Assembly: GCA_977017645.1 (NCBI GenBank)
Contig: OZ360233.1
Span: forward strand, 18,476,001 to 18,540,000
Origin: Torpedo marmorata
Taxonomy: Eukaryota
Reading direction: 5' to 3'
Length of the DNA stretch: 64,000 bases
Position 1 is the stretch's first letter; the number at the start of each line of letters is the position of its first letter. The notes under the pieces were generated by a model, which made no database searches, was not told the origin of the DNA, and worked only from the letters and a program-made list of their open reading frames with translations. Below are positions 51,523 through 63,749 of the stretch, in pieces. The translations under genes and the position numbers were made by a program.

Positions 51523-52869
51523 GACCATGTATGTTGCAAAGAAAGTTCGGGCTGGCATGAAAGCAAAAGTGACAGCAAGAGAAATGCGAGGGTCAGGTGC
51601 TCCCCATTAAAAGGGATATATTTGACAGTAAATATCGCCGAATCCTCAGGAAGTGATCCTGAATTTAACTGATACCTCCAGGCACAAAGTGGAGACATCA
51701 GAGGGGATTTATATAATCAGAGCACCAGAGGGCGCGATTTGAGCGAGACACACAGAGAAAGAATTCAGCCAAACTAGAAGACCTGTTGCGAAATGCAAGT
51801 TAATACGACGAAGAACATTACACAGGATTTCCAGAACACCTCAATGTCTCTCACCCCGTTGTCTCTAACAAGCTATGGCGCGTGAAAACATTGCTGGAAA
51901 ACGTCTTTCACCGCTTTGCATTGAGAACGACCTTGCGATATAGCGAATTTATCTTTCGAGAAAGAACCAGATAAGTTATCACATCTCAGATTCAGCAAGA
52001 GTGGTTGTCATGTATAGGAGGGAAAAGTAAGTGGGGAGAAAGGGCATTTTTTTGGGATAGAGTAAATAACCAGAGGGATGTCGCAGGGTGAAAGCTGTGT
52101 TTCATCGACCTCTTCCTCACATTGATGATCCCAATAAATGGACCACGTGGAATAACATGGAAATGGCGCATGATACATGACAGATAACGTCACAAGTTGT
52201 GAGAAGAGAGAGATAGAAAGGACCAAGGGAGAGAGGGAGAGGTGCAGATACAGGGAATTTCGATGACAGAGCGTGAGAAAGCTGTCGAACAAAGGCTAGT
52301 AAAGAGAGAGTGAGGGAGAGAGAGAGAGAGAAAGAGAGAGATAGAGATAGAGATAGAGAAAGAACGAGAGAAAAGGTGACAACGGGAATCTAGAAGAAAG
52401 AGTGAGAAATGAGTTATGGGTACAAAGGACTGGGATAACTTGGCCAGGATAGAGAGAAAGAGATCGTGAGCGGTGTAAAGTCGGAATGATTGCCATATGG
52501 TCTCAAGTACGCAGGAAGCAGAGAGAAAGTAAGGGCAGAGCTGACAGAGAGAGGGAGGGATAGAACCAGAGGGAAAAACATAAAGAGTAAAGGAGGAAGA
52601 GAAAAGACAGATAGAGTAGAGAGAAATGGAGAGGGAGGCAGCAATAAAGCTCACCCTGAAAGTTTTGTCGATGGTCAGCAGGGGGCGTTATCACCCGGGA
52701 GATCTTCTGTCCGTACTTGACCTGTGCGACGATGCAACAGATCGACTAATTGACAGTTCTGAATCCACGGCACGGTTACATTAAATGTGACTCTGTAAGT
52801 CCGGAGTGTCGCTCACTCGAGATCAATTTCATCCCGCAGAACGTGCGACGTCACCTCAGCATCCAGAGG

Positions 52870-52894
52870 TGAGTGGGAGGAAGAGAAGGAGAAG

Positions 52895-52930
<36 letters not shown>

Positions 52931-53045
52931 CAGAGAGCGAGAGCGAGCGTGTGTGTGTCTGTGTTTGTGTGCTTGTGTTTGTGTGTGTGCTAGAGAGAGA
53001 TAACGAGTAGAGAGTGATAGAGAGGGATAAGAAGAGAGAAAGGAA
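52870..53045. repeat. GA/GT compound microsatellite upstream of the A-gene promoter (resolved copy; N-runs at the homologous site in most other units)
   Basis: (GA)n then (GT)n; also resolved at ~56500-56660 and ~1850-1900. Confidence 0.85.
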
Positions 53046-53308
53046 ATTGGGTATGTAAATTACAGAGAGAAAGAGAAGTGGAGTCAGAGAGAATTAATAA
53101 ACTGAATGTAAAGCAGGCAATGAGGTGAATTGAAACAGCGCAGATACTATTGGTGCCTTTATCAACTCAGCTCTGTTTACCAGTCAGTCCTGCAGGTGGG
53201 CCACGCCCCCAGTCTGACTGCTGATATTAATTTCCTCTCCAATGTCGGTGAAGTGGCGGTAAGGTCGTCAAAGTAAACTGCATTTTGATCGCGCCTGACG
53301 CCTGTACG

Positions 53309-53740
53309 ATGTGGTCCGTGTGTTGCTTCCTGATGATATTGATCACGCTGCCCGGTGAGTTTCTGTCTAATTGTTCACCGAGTGTCCCACAAGTTGAACA
53401 CGCTCCTGAATTGTCCAATCATTGTGTCATTTGTTGCAGGAACGAGTGGGAAAGATTCAGTGACCCAGGACCCTCCTGAAATAACGGCTAAGGAAGGGAA
53501 GACCATAATAATAAACTGTACTTACACGATAGCATATAGTGATATTTTTTGGTACATTCAACACCACGGGGAATCTCCAAAATACGTATTGAAGATATAT
53601 AGCACAGGAAAGATGGAACGGCCTCAAGATTGTCCGGAGAGATTTACTGCTGGTTTGGAAAAAGGCAGCAAGATGGCTCATCTAAATATTTCCGGGACGC
53701 TCGTGTCGGACTCCGCCGTGTATCTCTGTGCCGTGGAGCC
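53309..53740 (+). CDS. TRAV: TCR alpha/delta V segment A8, intact; join(53309..53354,53440..53740)
   Basis: IAYSD, IYSTGK, YLCAVE; RSS 53741-53779. Confidence 0.93.
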
Positions 53741-54705
53741 CACACTGTTGCAAGGAGATGGCGGATCCAAACAAATACTCACGCTGTGTGCTGCAAAGCG
53801 CACTCACAAGATGGCACTGCGAACAGGGAAACAGGTGAGGATGCACAGTAATACCGCGACTGTCACGTGATGCCCTTCAGAGGACGACACGAAGCACAAA
53901 AACCACGCCCGAGTCTTAGCAATTCTTCTTTGATATAATTCGGACGCATAAGCACAACTAAGCAATTAAAATGACATTACCAGGGCATTTGAAGGTCCAT
54001 TATTACCGTTTGTCTTTAAACCACATTGTTCGAGTAACCTGAATTGCTTACAGTGAATATCAAGGGAAATATGGAGATGCAGTGACATTTTCATTTTTGA
54101 TATATCGTATGAGGAGACACGGTGAAGGTTCCTGCATTGGTTATAAATTCAGTTAGAGTCTTCTACATGGATGATGAAATTGACATGTTAAAGGAAAACA
54201 AATAGTGGAGACAAAAGGGCGATTTCAGTTGGACAATTAATTAGTGGTAGAGAGCTACGTGATTCAAAGTCTTGTGCCGCCGAGAGATTATCCACATTGC
54301 TTCTGTCGATGAAAGGGCCATGTGTAATGTCACCGAATTGGGGCTGATGCAGGACAGGTGGGTTAGCAGCGAATGAGTGGTGAGAGAAATGGAGAAGGGG
54401 AGTGAGTAGAGAGCAAGTATCAGAGAGAACGATAAAGGAGAAAAAGGGGAAAATGAGGAGGAGATCAGAGGATGGGAGGGAGATAAGGAATATGAAGTGA
54501 TAGGAAAACAGAGAAAAAATAAATTCTGATTGATGATCCTCGCGGCTCAGCTCTGATTGACCTGAAAATTCGGCAACAGGCAGACACTCACGTTATTTCA
54601 CAAAGTGAAGCCTGCCTGCTGATCTTACTTTGCTGCACCATATATGTGGAGGTATTAAACTCTTGAACGTAACCAGTCTTTTGCTCGCGACTGACGCCGG
54701 ACACC

Positions 54706-55149
54706 ATGCATGTCCTGCGTCCCTGTATTGGTCGTCTTGTCTGAAACACCACTGCGACACTGGCCGGAGTGTGTCTGGAGGGTTATGTGGAAGCCCAGGA
54801 TGTTCAGCAACTCTATCCTTCATTGCAGGAACGTGCGGGAGCGATTCAGTGACCCAGGACCGATGAAGGACGGATCATAAAACTGAACTGTAGTTACTCG
54901 ATATCTGGTGAACATACGTTTGGTACATTCAGCATCGTGGGTGGTGTGGGGGGGGGGGTTCCAAACTATTTGTTGAAGAAATTCTGCGCAGGAAAAATAT
55001 GACGGCCACAAGAATGTGCGGAGAGGTTTACAGCTGTTATGCAGAAAGGCAGCAAGATGGCTCATCTAAATATTTCCGGGGTGCTGGTGTGTCGTGTATA
55101 TTGGTGCCTTGAAGCCCAAACTGATTCAGGGCGATGGCGAATCATAATT
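54706..55149 (+). pseudogene. TCR V pseudogene B7
   Basis: Same lesions as B1; RSS remnant 55117-55149. Confidence 0.9.
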
Positions 55150-56929
55150 GACCATGAATGTTGCAAAGAGAGTTCGGGCTGGCATGAAAGCAAAAGTGAC
55201 AGCAAGAAAAATGCGAGGATCAGGTGCTCCCCATTAAAAGGGATATATTTGACAGTAAATATCGCCGAATCTTCAGGAAGTGATCCTGAATTTCACTCAT
55301 ACCTCCAGGCACAAAGTGGAGACATCAAAGAGGATTTATATAATCAGAGCACCAGAGGGCGCGATTTGAGCGAGACACACAGAGAAAGAACTCAGCCAAG
55401 CTAGAAGACCTGTTGCGAAATGCAAGTTAATACGACGAAGAACATTACACAGGATTTCCAGAACACCTCAATGTCTCTCACCCCGTTGTCTCTAACAAGC
55501 CATGGCGCGTGAAACATTGCTGAAAAACGTCTTTCACCGCTTTGCATTGCGAACGACCTTGCGATATAGCGAATTTATCTTTCGAGAAAGCACCAGATAA
55601 GGTATCACATCTAAGATTCAGCAAGAGGGGTTGTCATGTATAGGAGGCAAAAGTAAGTGAGGAGAAAGGGGATATTTTTGGGATAGGGAGTAAATAACCA
55701 GAGGGATGACACAGGGTGCAACCTGTGTTTCATCGACCTCTTCCTCACATTAATGATCCCAATAAATGGACCACGTGGAATAACATGGAAATGGCGCAGG
55801 ATACATGACAGGTGACTTCTCAAGTTGTGATAAGAGAGAGGTAGAAATGGCCATGGGAAAGAGAGAGAGGTGCAGATACAGGGAATTTCGAGGACAGAGC
55901 GTGAGAAAGATGTCGAACAAAGGCTACCAAAGAGAGATTGAGAGGGGGAGAGAGAGAAAGGGAGAGATATAGACACAGAGATAGAGAAAGAAGGAGAGGA
56001 AAGGTGATAACGAGAATTTGGTAGAAAGAGGGAGAAATGAGTTATGGGTACAAATGACTGGGATAACGTGGCCAGGATAGAGAGAAAGAGATCGTGGGCG
56101 GTGTAAAGTCGGAATGATTGCCATATAGTCTAAAGTACGCAGGAAGCAGAGAGACAAAGTAAGGTCAGAGCTGAGAGAGAGAGGGAGCGATAGAAGCAGA
56201 GGGAAGTACATAAAGAGTAAAGGAGGAAGAGAAAATACAGAGAGAGTAGAGAGAAATGGAGAGGGAGGCAGCAATAAAGCTCACCCTGAAAGTTTTGTCG
56301 ATGGTCAGCAGGGGGCGTTCTCGCCCAGGAGATCTATGTCCTTACTTGCACTGTACGACGATGCAACAGATCGACTAATTGACAGTTCTGAATCCACGGC
56401 ACGGTTGCACTAAAGGAGACATTGTAAGTCCGGAGGGTTGCTCTCTCGAGATCTTTTTCATCCCGCAGAACGTGCAACGCCACCTCAGAATCCAGAGGTG
56501 AGTGAGAGAGAGAGAAGCAGAAGGAGAGAGAGAGAGAAAGAGAGAGAGAAGGAGCGAGAGAGAGCGTGTGTGTGTCTGTGTTTGTGTGCTTGTGTTTGTG
56601 TGTGTGTGTGAGAGAGAGAGATAAAGAGTAGAGAGTGAGAGAGATGGATAGGAAGAGAGAAAGGAAATTGGGTAGGTAAATTAGAGAGTGAATGAGAAGT
56701 GGAGTCAGATTGAATTAATAAACTGAATGTAAAGCAGGCAATGAGGTGAATTGAAACAGCGCAGATACGATTGGTGCCTTTATCAACTCAGCTCTGTTTA
56801 CCAGTCAGTCCTGCAGGTGGGCCACGCCCCCAGTCTGACTGCTGATATTACTTTCCTCTCCAATATCGGTGAAGTGGCGGTTAGGTCGTCAAAATAAATT
56901 GCATTTTGATCGCGCCTGACGCCTGTACG

Positions 56930-57361
56930 ATGTGGTCCGTGTGTTGCTTCCTGATGATATTGATCACGCTGCCCGGTGAGTTTCTGTCTAATTGTTCACC
57001 GAGTGTCCCACAAGTTGAACACGCTCCAGAATTGTCCAATCATTGTGTCATTTGTTGCAGGAACGAGTGGGAAAGATTCAGTGACCCAGGAGCCACCTGA
57101 AATAACGGCTAAGGAAGGGCAGACCATAATAATGAACTGTATTTACACGATATCAAATGCTTATATTTTTTGGTACATTCAACACCGCGGGGAATCTCCA
57201 AAATACGTATTGAAGATATATAGCACAGGAAAGATGGAACGGCCTCAAGATTGTCCGGAGAGATTTACTGCTGGTTTGGAAAAAGGCAGCAAGATGGCTC
57301 ATCTAAATATTTCCGGGACGCTCGTGTCGGACTCCGCCGTGTATCTCTGTGCCATGCAGCC
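56930..57361 (+). CDS. TRAV: TCR alpha/delta V segment A9, intact; join(56930..56975,57061..57361)
   Basis: ISNAY, IYSTGK, YLCAMQ; RSS 57362-57400. Confidence 0.93.
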
Positions 57362-58069
57362 CACACTGTTGCAAGGAGATGGCGGATCCGAACAAATACT
57401 CACGCTGTTTTCTGCAAAGCGCACTCATAAGATGGCACTGCGAGCAGGGAAACAGGTGAGGATGCACAGTAATGCCTCCAGCGTCACGTGATGCCCTTCA
57501 GAGGACGACAGTAAGCAAAAACCTGCCCGAATCTTAGCAATTCTTCTTTGATAAAATCCGGAAGCATAAGCACAACTAAGCAATAAAAATGACATTACCG
57601 GGGCATCTGAATGTCCATTATTACCGTTTATCGACAAAATACAATGGTTGATAACTTTTCCAGAAATGGTCTTTGAACCAAATTTTTCGAGTAACCTGAA
57701 TTGCTTACGGTGAATATCAAGGGAAACATGGAAATGGAGTGACATTTTCATTTTTGATATATCGTATGAGGAGGCACGGTAAAGGTTCCTGCATAGGTTA
57801 TAAATTAAGTTAGAGTCTTCTGCATGGATGAGGAAATTGACACGTTGAAGGAAAACAAATAGTGGAGACAAAAGGGCGATTTCAGTTGGACAATTAATTA
57901 GTGGCAGAGAGCTACATGATTCAAAGTGTTGTGTCATCGAGTGAGTATCCACATTGCTTATGTCGATGAAATGGCCATGTGTAACGTCACCGAATTGGGG
58001 CTGATGTAGGACAGGTGGGTTAGCAGGAAGTGAGTGGGGAGAGAAATGGAGTAGGGGAGTGAGTAGAGA

Positions 58070-59648
58070 ATCAGAATCAGAATGAGAATCAGAATTTATT
58101 GTCATGAACAAGTCATGAAGTTCGATGTTTTGCGGCAGCATCATAGTGCAATTAACATTCATATTAGCCATCTAACGACTTTACTATAAAAATTATAAAC
58201 AATAGTGCACGAAATGTAAGGCAGTGTCTTTGGTTCATTGATTATTCAGGAATCTGATGGCGTCGGGGAAGAAGCTGTCCTTGTGCCGTTGAGTGCTCCT
58301 CTTTAGGCTCCTGTACCGTTTTCCCGATGGAAGCAGAGTGAAGAGGGCATGGCCTGGGTGGTGGGGGTCTTTGAGGATAGAGGCTGCTTTTTTAAGACAC
58401 CGCCTCATGTAGATGTCCTCGATGGAGTGAAGTGTGGTGCCTGTGATGTCATAGCCGAGTTAACAACCCTCTGGAATTTCCTCTTGTCCTGAGAGTTGGC
58501 GCCTCCATACCAGGCAGTGATGCAACCAGCCAAAATGCTCTCCACGGTACACCTGTAGAACGTTACGTGAATCTTTGGTGACATACCGAATCTCCGCAGA
58601 CACCTCACAAAGTATAGCCGTTGACGAGCCTTCTTTGTGATTGCATCAACGTGGATGCTCCAGGACAGATCCTCGGAGATGTTGACACCCAGGAATTTGA
58701 AGTTCTTGACCATCTCCACGACTGAGCCCTCGATAAGGACTGGGTGATGTTCCCCTGACTTCCTCCTGAAGTCCATAATAATCTCCTTGGTTTTGCTGAC
58801 GTTGACCTCAAGGCTTTTGCCATTAAACCATTCAACGAGCTGATCTATCTCCCTCCTGTACGCTTCCTCATTGCCGTTTGTGATTCTGCCGACAACTGTG
58901 GTGTCACCGGCAAACTTGGAGATGGCATTAGAATTGTGCCTGGCCACACAGTCATGGGTGTATAACGAGTAGAGCAGTGGACTAAGCACGCATCCTGTGG
59001 TGCGCCTGTGTTGATAATCAGTGAGGAGGAGACGTTGTTTCCAATTCGTACCGACTGTGGTCTTCCGATGAGAAAGTCGAGGATGCAGTTGCAGAGTGGG
59101 GTACAGAGGCCTAGAGTTTGTAGCTTCATGACCAGCACTGAGGGAATAATGGTATTGAAGGCAGAGCTGTAGTCGATGAAGAGCAGCCGTATGTATGAAT
59201 TGATCTTTTCGAGGTGATCCAGAGCTGAGTGGAGAGCCAGCGATATTGCATCTGCTGTTGAGCGATTGTGGCGATAGGCGAATTGTAGTTGGTCCAGATG
59301 TTTGCTTAAGTATGTGTTAATTCTGGCCATGACCAGCCTCTCAAAGCATTTCATCACAGTAGATGTTAGTGCTACTGGGCGGTAGTCGTTGAGGCAGCCC
59401 ACACTACTCTTCTTGGGTACCGGGATGATTGATGCCTTTTTGAAGCACGTGGGAACCTCTGACTGCCGCAAGGAGAGGTTGAATATGTCCGTGAACACTC
59501 CGGCTAGTTGGTTGGTGCAGATTTTCAATACCCTGCCAGGTACGCCGTCAGAGCCTGACGCCTTGCGAGGGTTCACCCTCTTGAATGATGTTCTGACGTC
59601 GCCCTCAGAGACAGATATCACAGGGTTCTCAGCCTTTTCTGGGATTCT
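58070..59648 (-). mobile_element. Rex1/Babar-like LINE, 5'-truncated (~1.58 kb), unique to one array unit
   Basis: RT ORFs 58845-59621 and 58405-58989 ([44 protein letters not shown]) with one frameshift; AATAAA and (TCTGAT)n tail; site is empty in other units. Confidence 0.92.
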
Positions 59649-59936
59649 AGTAGAGAGAATGATAAAGAGGAAAAAGAGGGGAAAATTGGGTAGAGTTCAG
59701 AGGATGGGAGAGAGATAAGGAATATGAAGGGATAGGGAAACAGAGAAAAATAAATTCCGATTGACGACCCACGCGGCTCAGCTCTGATTGACCTGAAAAT
59801 CCAGTAACAGGCACACACTCACGTTATTTCACAAAGGGAAGACTGCCTGCTGATCTTATTTTGCTGCACCATATATGTGGAGGTATTAAACTCTTGAACG
59901 TAACCAGTCTTTTGCTCGCGACTGACGCCAGACACC

Positions 59937-60379
59937 ATGCGTGTCCTGCGTCCCTATATTTGTCGTCTTGTCTGAGACCTCACTGCTGCACTGGTCGGAG
60001 TGTGTCTGGAGGGTTATGTGGAAGCCCAGGATGTTCAGGAACTCTATCCTTCATTGAAGGAACGTGCGGGAGCGATTCAGTGACCCAGGACCGATGAAGG
60101 ACGGATCAGAATACTGAACTGCAGTTACTCGATATCTGGTGAACATACGTTTGCTACATTCAGCATCGTGGGTGGTGTGGGGGGGGGGTTCCAAACTATT
60201 TGTTGAAGAAATTCTGCGCAGGAAAAATATGACGGCCACATGAATGTGCGGAAAGTTTTACAGCTGTTATGCAGAAAGGCAGCAAGATGGCTCATCTAAA
60301 TATTTCCGGGGTGCTGGTGTGTTGTGTATCTTGGTGCCTTGACGCCCAAACTGTTGCAGGGCGATGGCCAACAATAATC
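59937..60379 (+). pseudogene. TCR V pseudogene B8
   Basis: Same lesions as B1; RSS remnant 60347-60379. Confidence 0.9.
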
Positions 60380-62195
60380 GACCATGTATGTTGCAAAGAG
60401 AGTTCGGGCTGGCATGAAAGCAAGCGTGAAAGCAAGGAAACTGCGAGGGTCAAGTGCTCCCCATTAAAAGGGATATATTTGAAAGTAAATATCGCCGAAT
60501 ATTCAGGAAGTGATCCTGAATTTAACTCATACCTCCAGGCACAAAGTGGAGACATCAAAGAGGATTTATATAATCAGAGCACCAAAGGGCGCGATTTGAG
60601 CGCGACACTCAGAGAAAGAATTCAGCCAAACTGGAAGACCTGTTGCGAAATGCAAGTTAATATGATGAAGAACATTACACAGGATTTCCAGACACCTCAA
60701 TGTCTCTCACCCCGTTGTCTCTAACAAGCCATGGCGCGTGAAAACATTGCTGGAAAACGTCTTTCACCGCTTTGTTCGAGCTCTCTGATGTTTTTTGTGC
60801 ATTGATAACGACCTTGCGTTATAGCGAATTTATCTTTCGAGAAAGCACCAGATAAGGTATCACATCTAAGATTCAGCAAGAGAGGTTGTCATGTATAGGA
60901 GGGAAAAGTAAGTGAGGAGAAAAGGCATTTTTTTGGGATAGAGAGTAAATAACCAGAGGGATGACGCAGGATGCAAGCTGTGTTTCATCGACCTCTTCCT
61001 CACATTGATGATCCCAATAAATGGACCACGTGGAATAACATGGAAATTGCGCATGATACATGGCAGATGACGTCACAAGTTGTGAGAAGAGAGAGAGAGA
61101 AAGGGCTAAGGGAAAGAGAGAGAAGTGCAGATACAGTGAATTTCCATGACAGAGCGTGAGAAAGATGTCGAATAAGGGTTAGCAAAGAGAGAGTGATAGA
61201 CAGAGAGAGAGAAAGAGAGAGAGAAAGAGAAAGACAGAGATAGCGATAGAGAAGGAAGGAGAGAAAAGGTGATAAGGAGAATTTGGTAGAAAGAGGGAGA
61301 AATGAGTTATGGGTACAAATGACTGGGATAACGTGGCCAAGATAGAGAGAAAGGGATCGTGGGCAGTGTAAAGTCAGAGTTATTGCCATATGTCCTCATG
61401 TACGCAGGAAGCAGAGAGAAAGTAAGGGCAGAGCTGAGAGAGAGAGAGAGGGAGAGAAGCAGAGGGAAATACAGAAGAGTAATGGAGGAAGAGAAAAGGC
61501 AGATAGAGAGAAATGGAGAGGGAGGCAGCAATAAAGCTCACCCTGAAAGTTTTGTAAATAGTCAGTAGGGGGCGTTCTCGCCCAGTAGATCTTCTGTACG
61601 TACTTTCCCTGTGCGACGATGCAACAGATCGACTAATTGACAGTTCTGAATCCACGGCACGGTTGCACTAAAGGTGACACTGTAAGTCCGGAGGGTCGCT
61701 CACTCGAGATCATTTTCATTCCGCAGAACATGCGACGGCCTCTAAGNNNNNNNNNNNNNNNNNNNNNNNNNNNNNNNNNNNNNNNNNNNNNNNNNNNNNN
61801 NNNNNNNNNNNNNNNNNNNNNNNNNNNNNNNNNNNNNNNNNNNNNNNNNNNNNNNNNNNNNNNNNNNNNNNNNNNNNNNNNNNNNNNNNNNNNNNNNNNN
61901 TGAGAGAGATGGATAGGAAGAGAGAAAGAAAAATGGGTAGGTAAATTACAGAGAGAAAGAGAAAGTGGAGTCAGAGAGAATTAATAAACTGAATGTAAAG
62001 GAGGCAATGAGGTGAATTGAAACAGCGCAGATATTATTGGTGCCTTTATCAACTCAGCTCTGTTTACCAGTCAGTCCTGCAGGTGGGCCACGCCCCCAGT
62101 CTGACTGCTGCTATTACTTTCCTCTCCAATGTCGGTGAAGTGGCGGTAAGGTCGTCAAAGTAAACTGCATTTTGATCGCGCCTGACGCCTTTACG

Positions 62196-62627
62196 ATGTG
62201 GTCCGTGTGTTGCTTCCTGATGATATTGATCACGCTGCCCGGTGAGTTTCTGTCTAATTGTTCACCGAGTGTCCCACAAGTTGAACACGCTCCTGAATTG
62301 TCCAATCATTGTGTCATTTGTTGCAGGAACGAGTGGGAAAGATTCAGTGACGCAGGACCCTCCTGAAATAACGGCTAAGGAAGGGCAGACCGTAATAATG
62401 AACTGTACTTCCACGATAGCAACTCCTAATATTTTTTGGTACATTCAACACCGCGGGGGATCTCCAATATACGTATTGAAGATATATAACACAGGAAAGA
62501 TTGAACGGCCTCCAGATTGTCCGGAGAGATTTACTGCTGGTTTGGAAAAAGTCAGCAATATGGCTCATCTAAATATTTCCGGGTCGCTCGTGTCGGACTC
62601 CACCGTGTATTTCTGTGCCATGAAGCC
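62196..62627 (+). CDS. TRAV: TCR alpha/delta V segment A10, intact; join(62196..62241,62327..62627)
   Basis: IATPN, IYNTGK, DSTVYFCAMK; RSS 62628-62666. Confidence 0.93.
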
Positions 62628-62870
62628 CACACTGTTGCAAGGAGATGGCGGATCCAAACAAATACTCACGCTGTGTGCTGCAAAGCGCACACACAAGATG
62701 GCACTGCGAACAGGGAAACAGGTGGGGATGCACAGTAATGCCGCAAGCGTCACGTGTTGACCTTCAGAGGACGACCCGAAGCACAAAAACCTCGCCTGAA
62801 TCTTAGCAATTCTTCTTTGATAGAATCCGGAAGCATAAGCACAACTAAGCAATTAAAATAATATTACCGC

Positions 62871-62973
62871 AGTAAAAAACACAAATGCTGGAGAACTCAG
62901 CAGGTCAAACAGTGTCTTTTATGTAGCAAAGGTAGAAATACATAACTGACGTTTCAGGCTTGAGCCCTTCTTC
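62871..62973 (-). mobile_element. 103-bp hammerhead-like short element with 15-bp TSD (copy 3)
   Basis: Exact TSD aaataatattaccgc at 62856-62870 and 62974-62988; absent from the homologous site in other units. Confidence 0.9.
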
Positions 62974-63749
62974 AAATAATATTACCGCGGCATCTGAATT
63001 TCCATTATTACCGTTTATCGACCGAATACAATGGTTGATAATTTTTCCAGAAATGGTCTTTAAACCACATTGTTCGAGTAACCAGAATTGCTGACGGTGA
63101 ATATCAAGGGAAACATGGAGATGGAGTGACATTTTCATTTAAATATATCGTATGAGGAGGCACGGTAAAGGTTCCCGCATAGGTTATAAATAATGTTAGA
63201 GTCTTCTACATGGATGAGGAAATAGAAACGTTAAAGGAAAACAAATAGTGGAGACAAAAGGGCGATTTCAGTTGGACAATTAATTAGTGGTAGAGAGCTA
63301 CGTGATTCAAAGTGTTGTGTCATCGAATGAGTATCCACATTGAATCTGTCGATGAAATGGCCATGTGTAATGTCACCGAATTGGGGCTGATGCAGGACAG
63401 GTGGGTTAGCAGGGAGTGAGTGGGGAGAGAAATGGAGTGGGGGAGTGAGTAGAGAACAAGTATCAGAGAGAATAATAAAGGAGAAAGAGGGGGAAATGGG
63501 ATAGAGATCAGAGGATTGGAGAGAAATAAGTAATATGAAGGTATAGGAAAACAGAGAAAAAAATTAATTCTGGTTGACGACCCACGCGGCTCAGCTCTGA
63601 TTGACCCGAAAATCCCGCGACAGGCAGACACTCACGTTATTTCACAAAGTGAAGACTGCCTGCTGATCTTATTTTGCTGCACCATATATGTGGAGGTATT
63701 AAACTCTTGAACGTAACCAGTCTTGTGCTCGCGACTGACGCCAGACACT

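Noticed and set aside
57425-58171. 248-aa minus-strand ORF
   Set aside because: Begins in the LINE tail and runs through spacer that has stops and frameshifts in sister units
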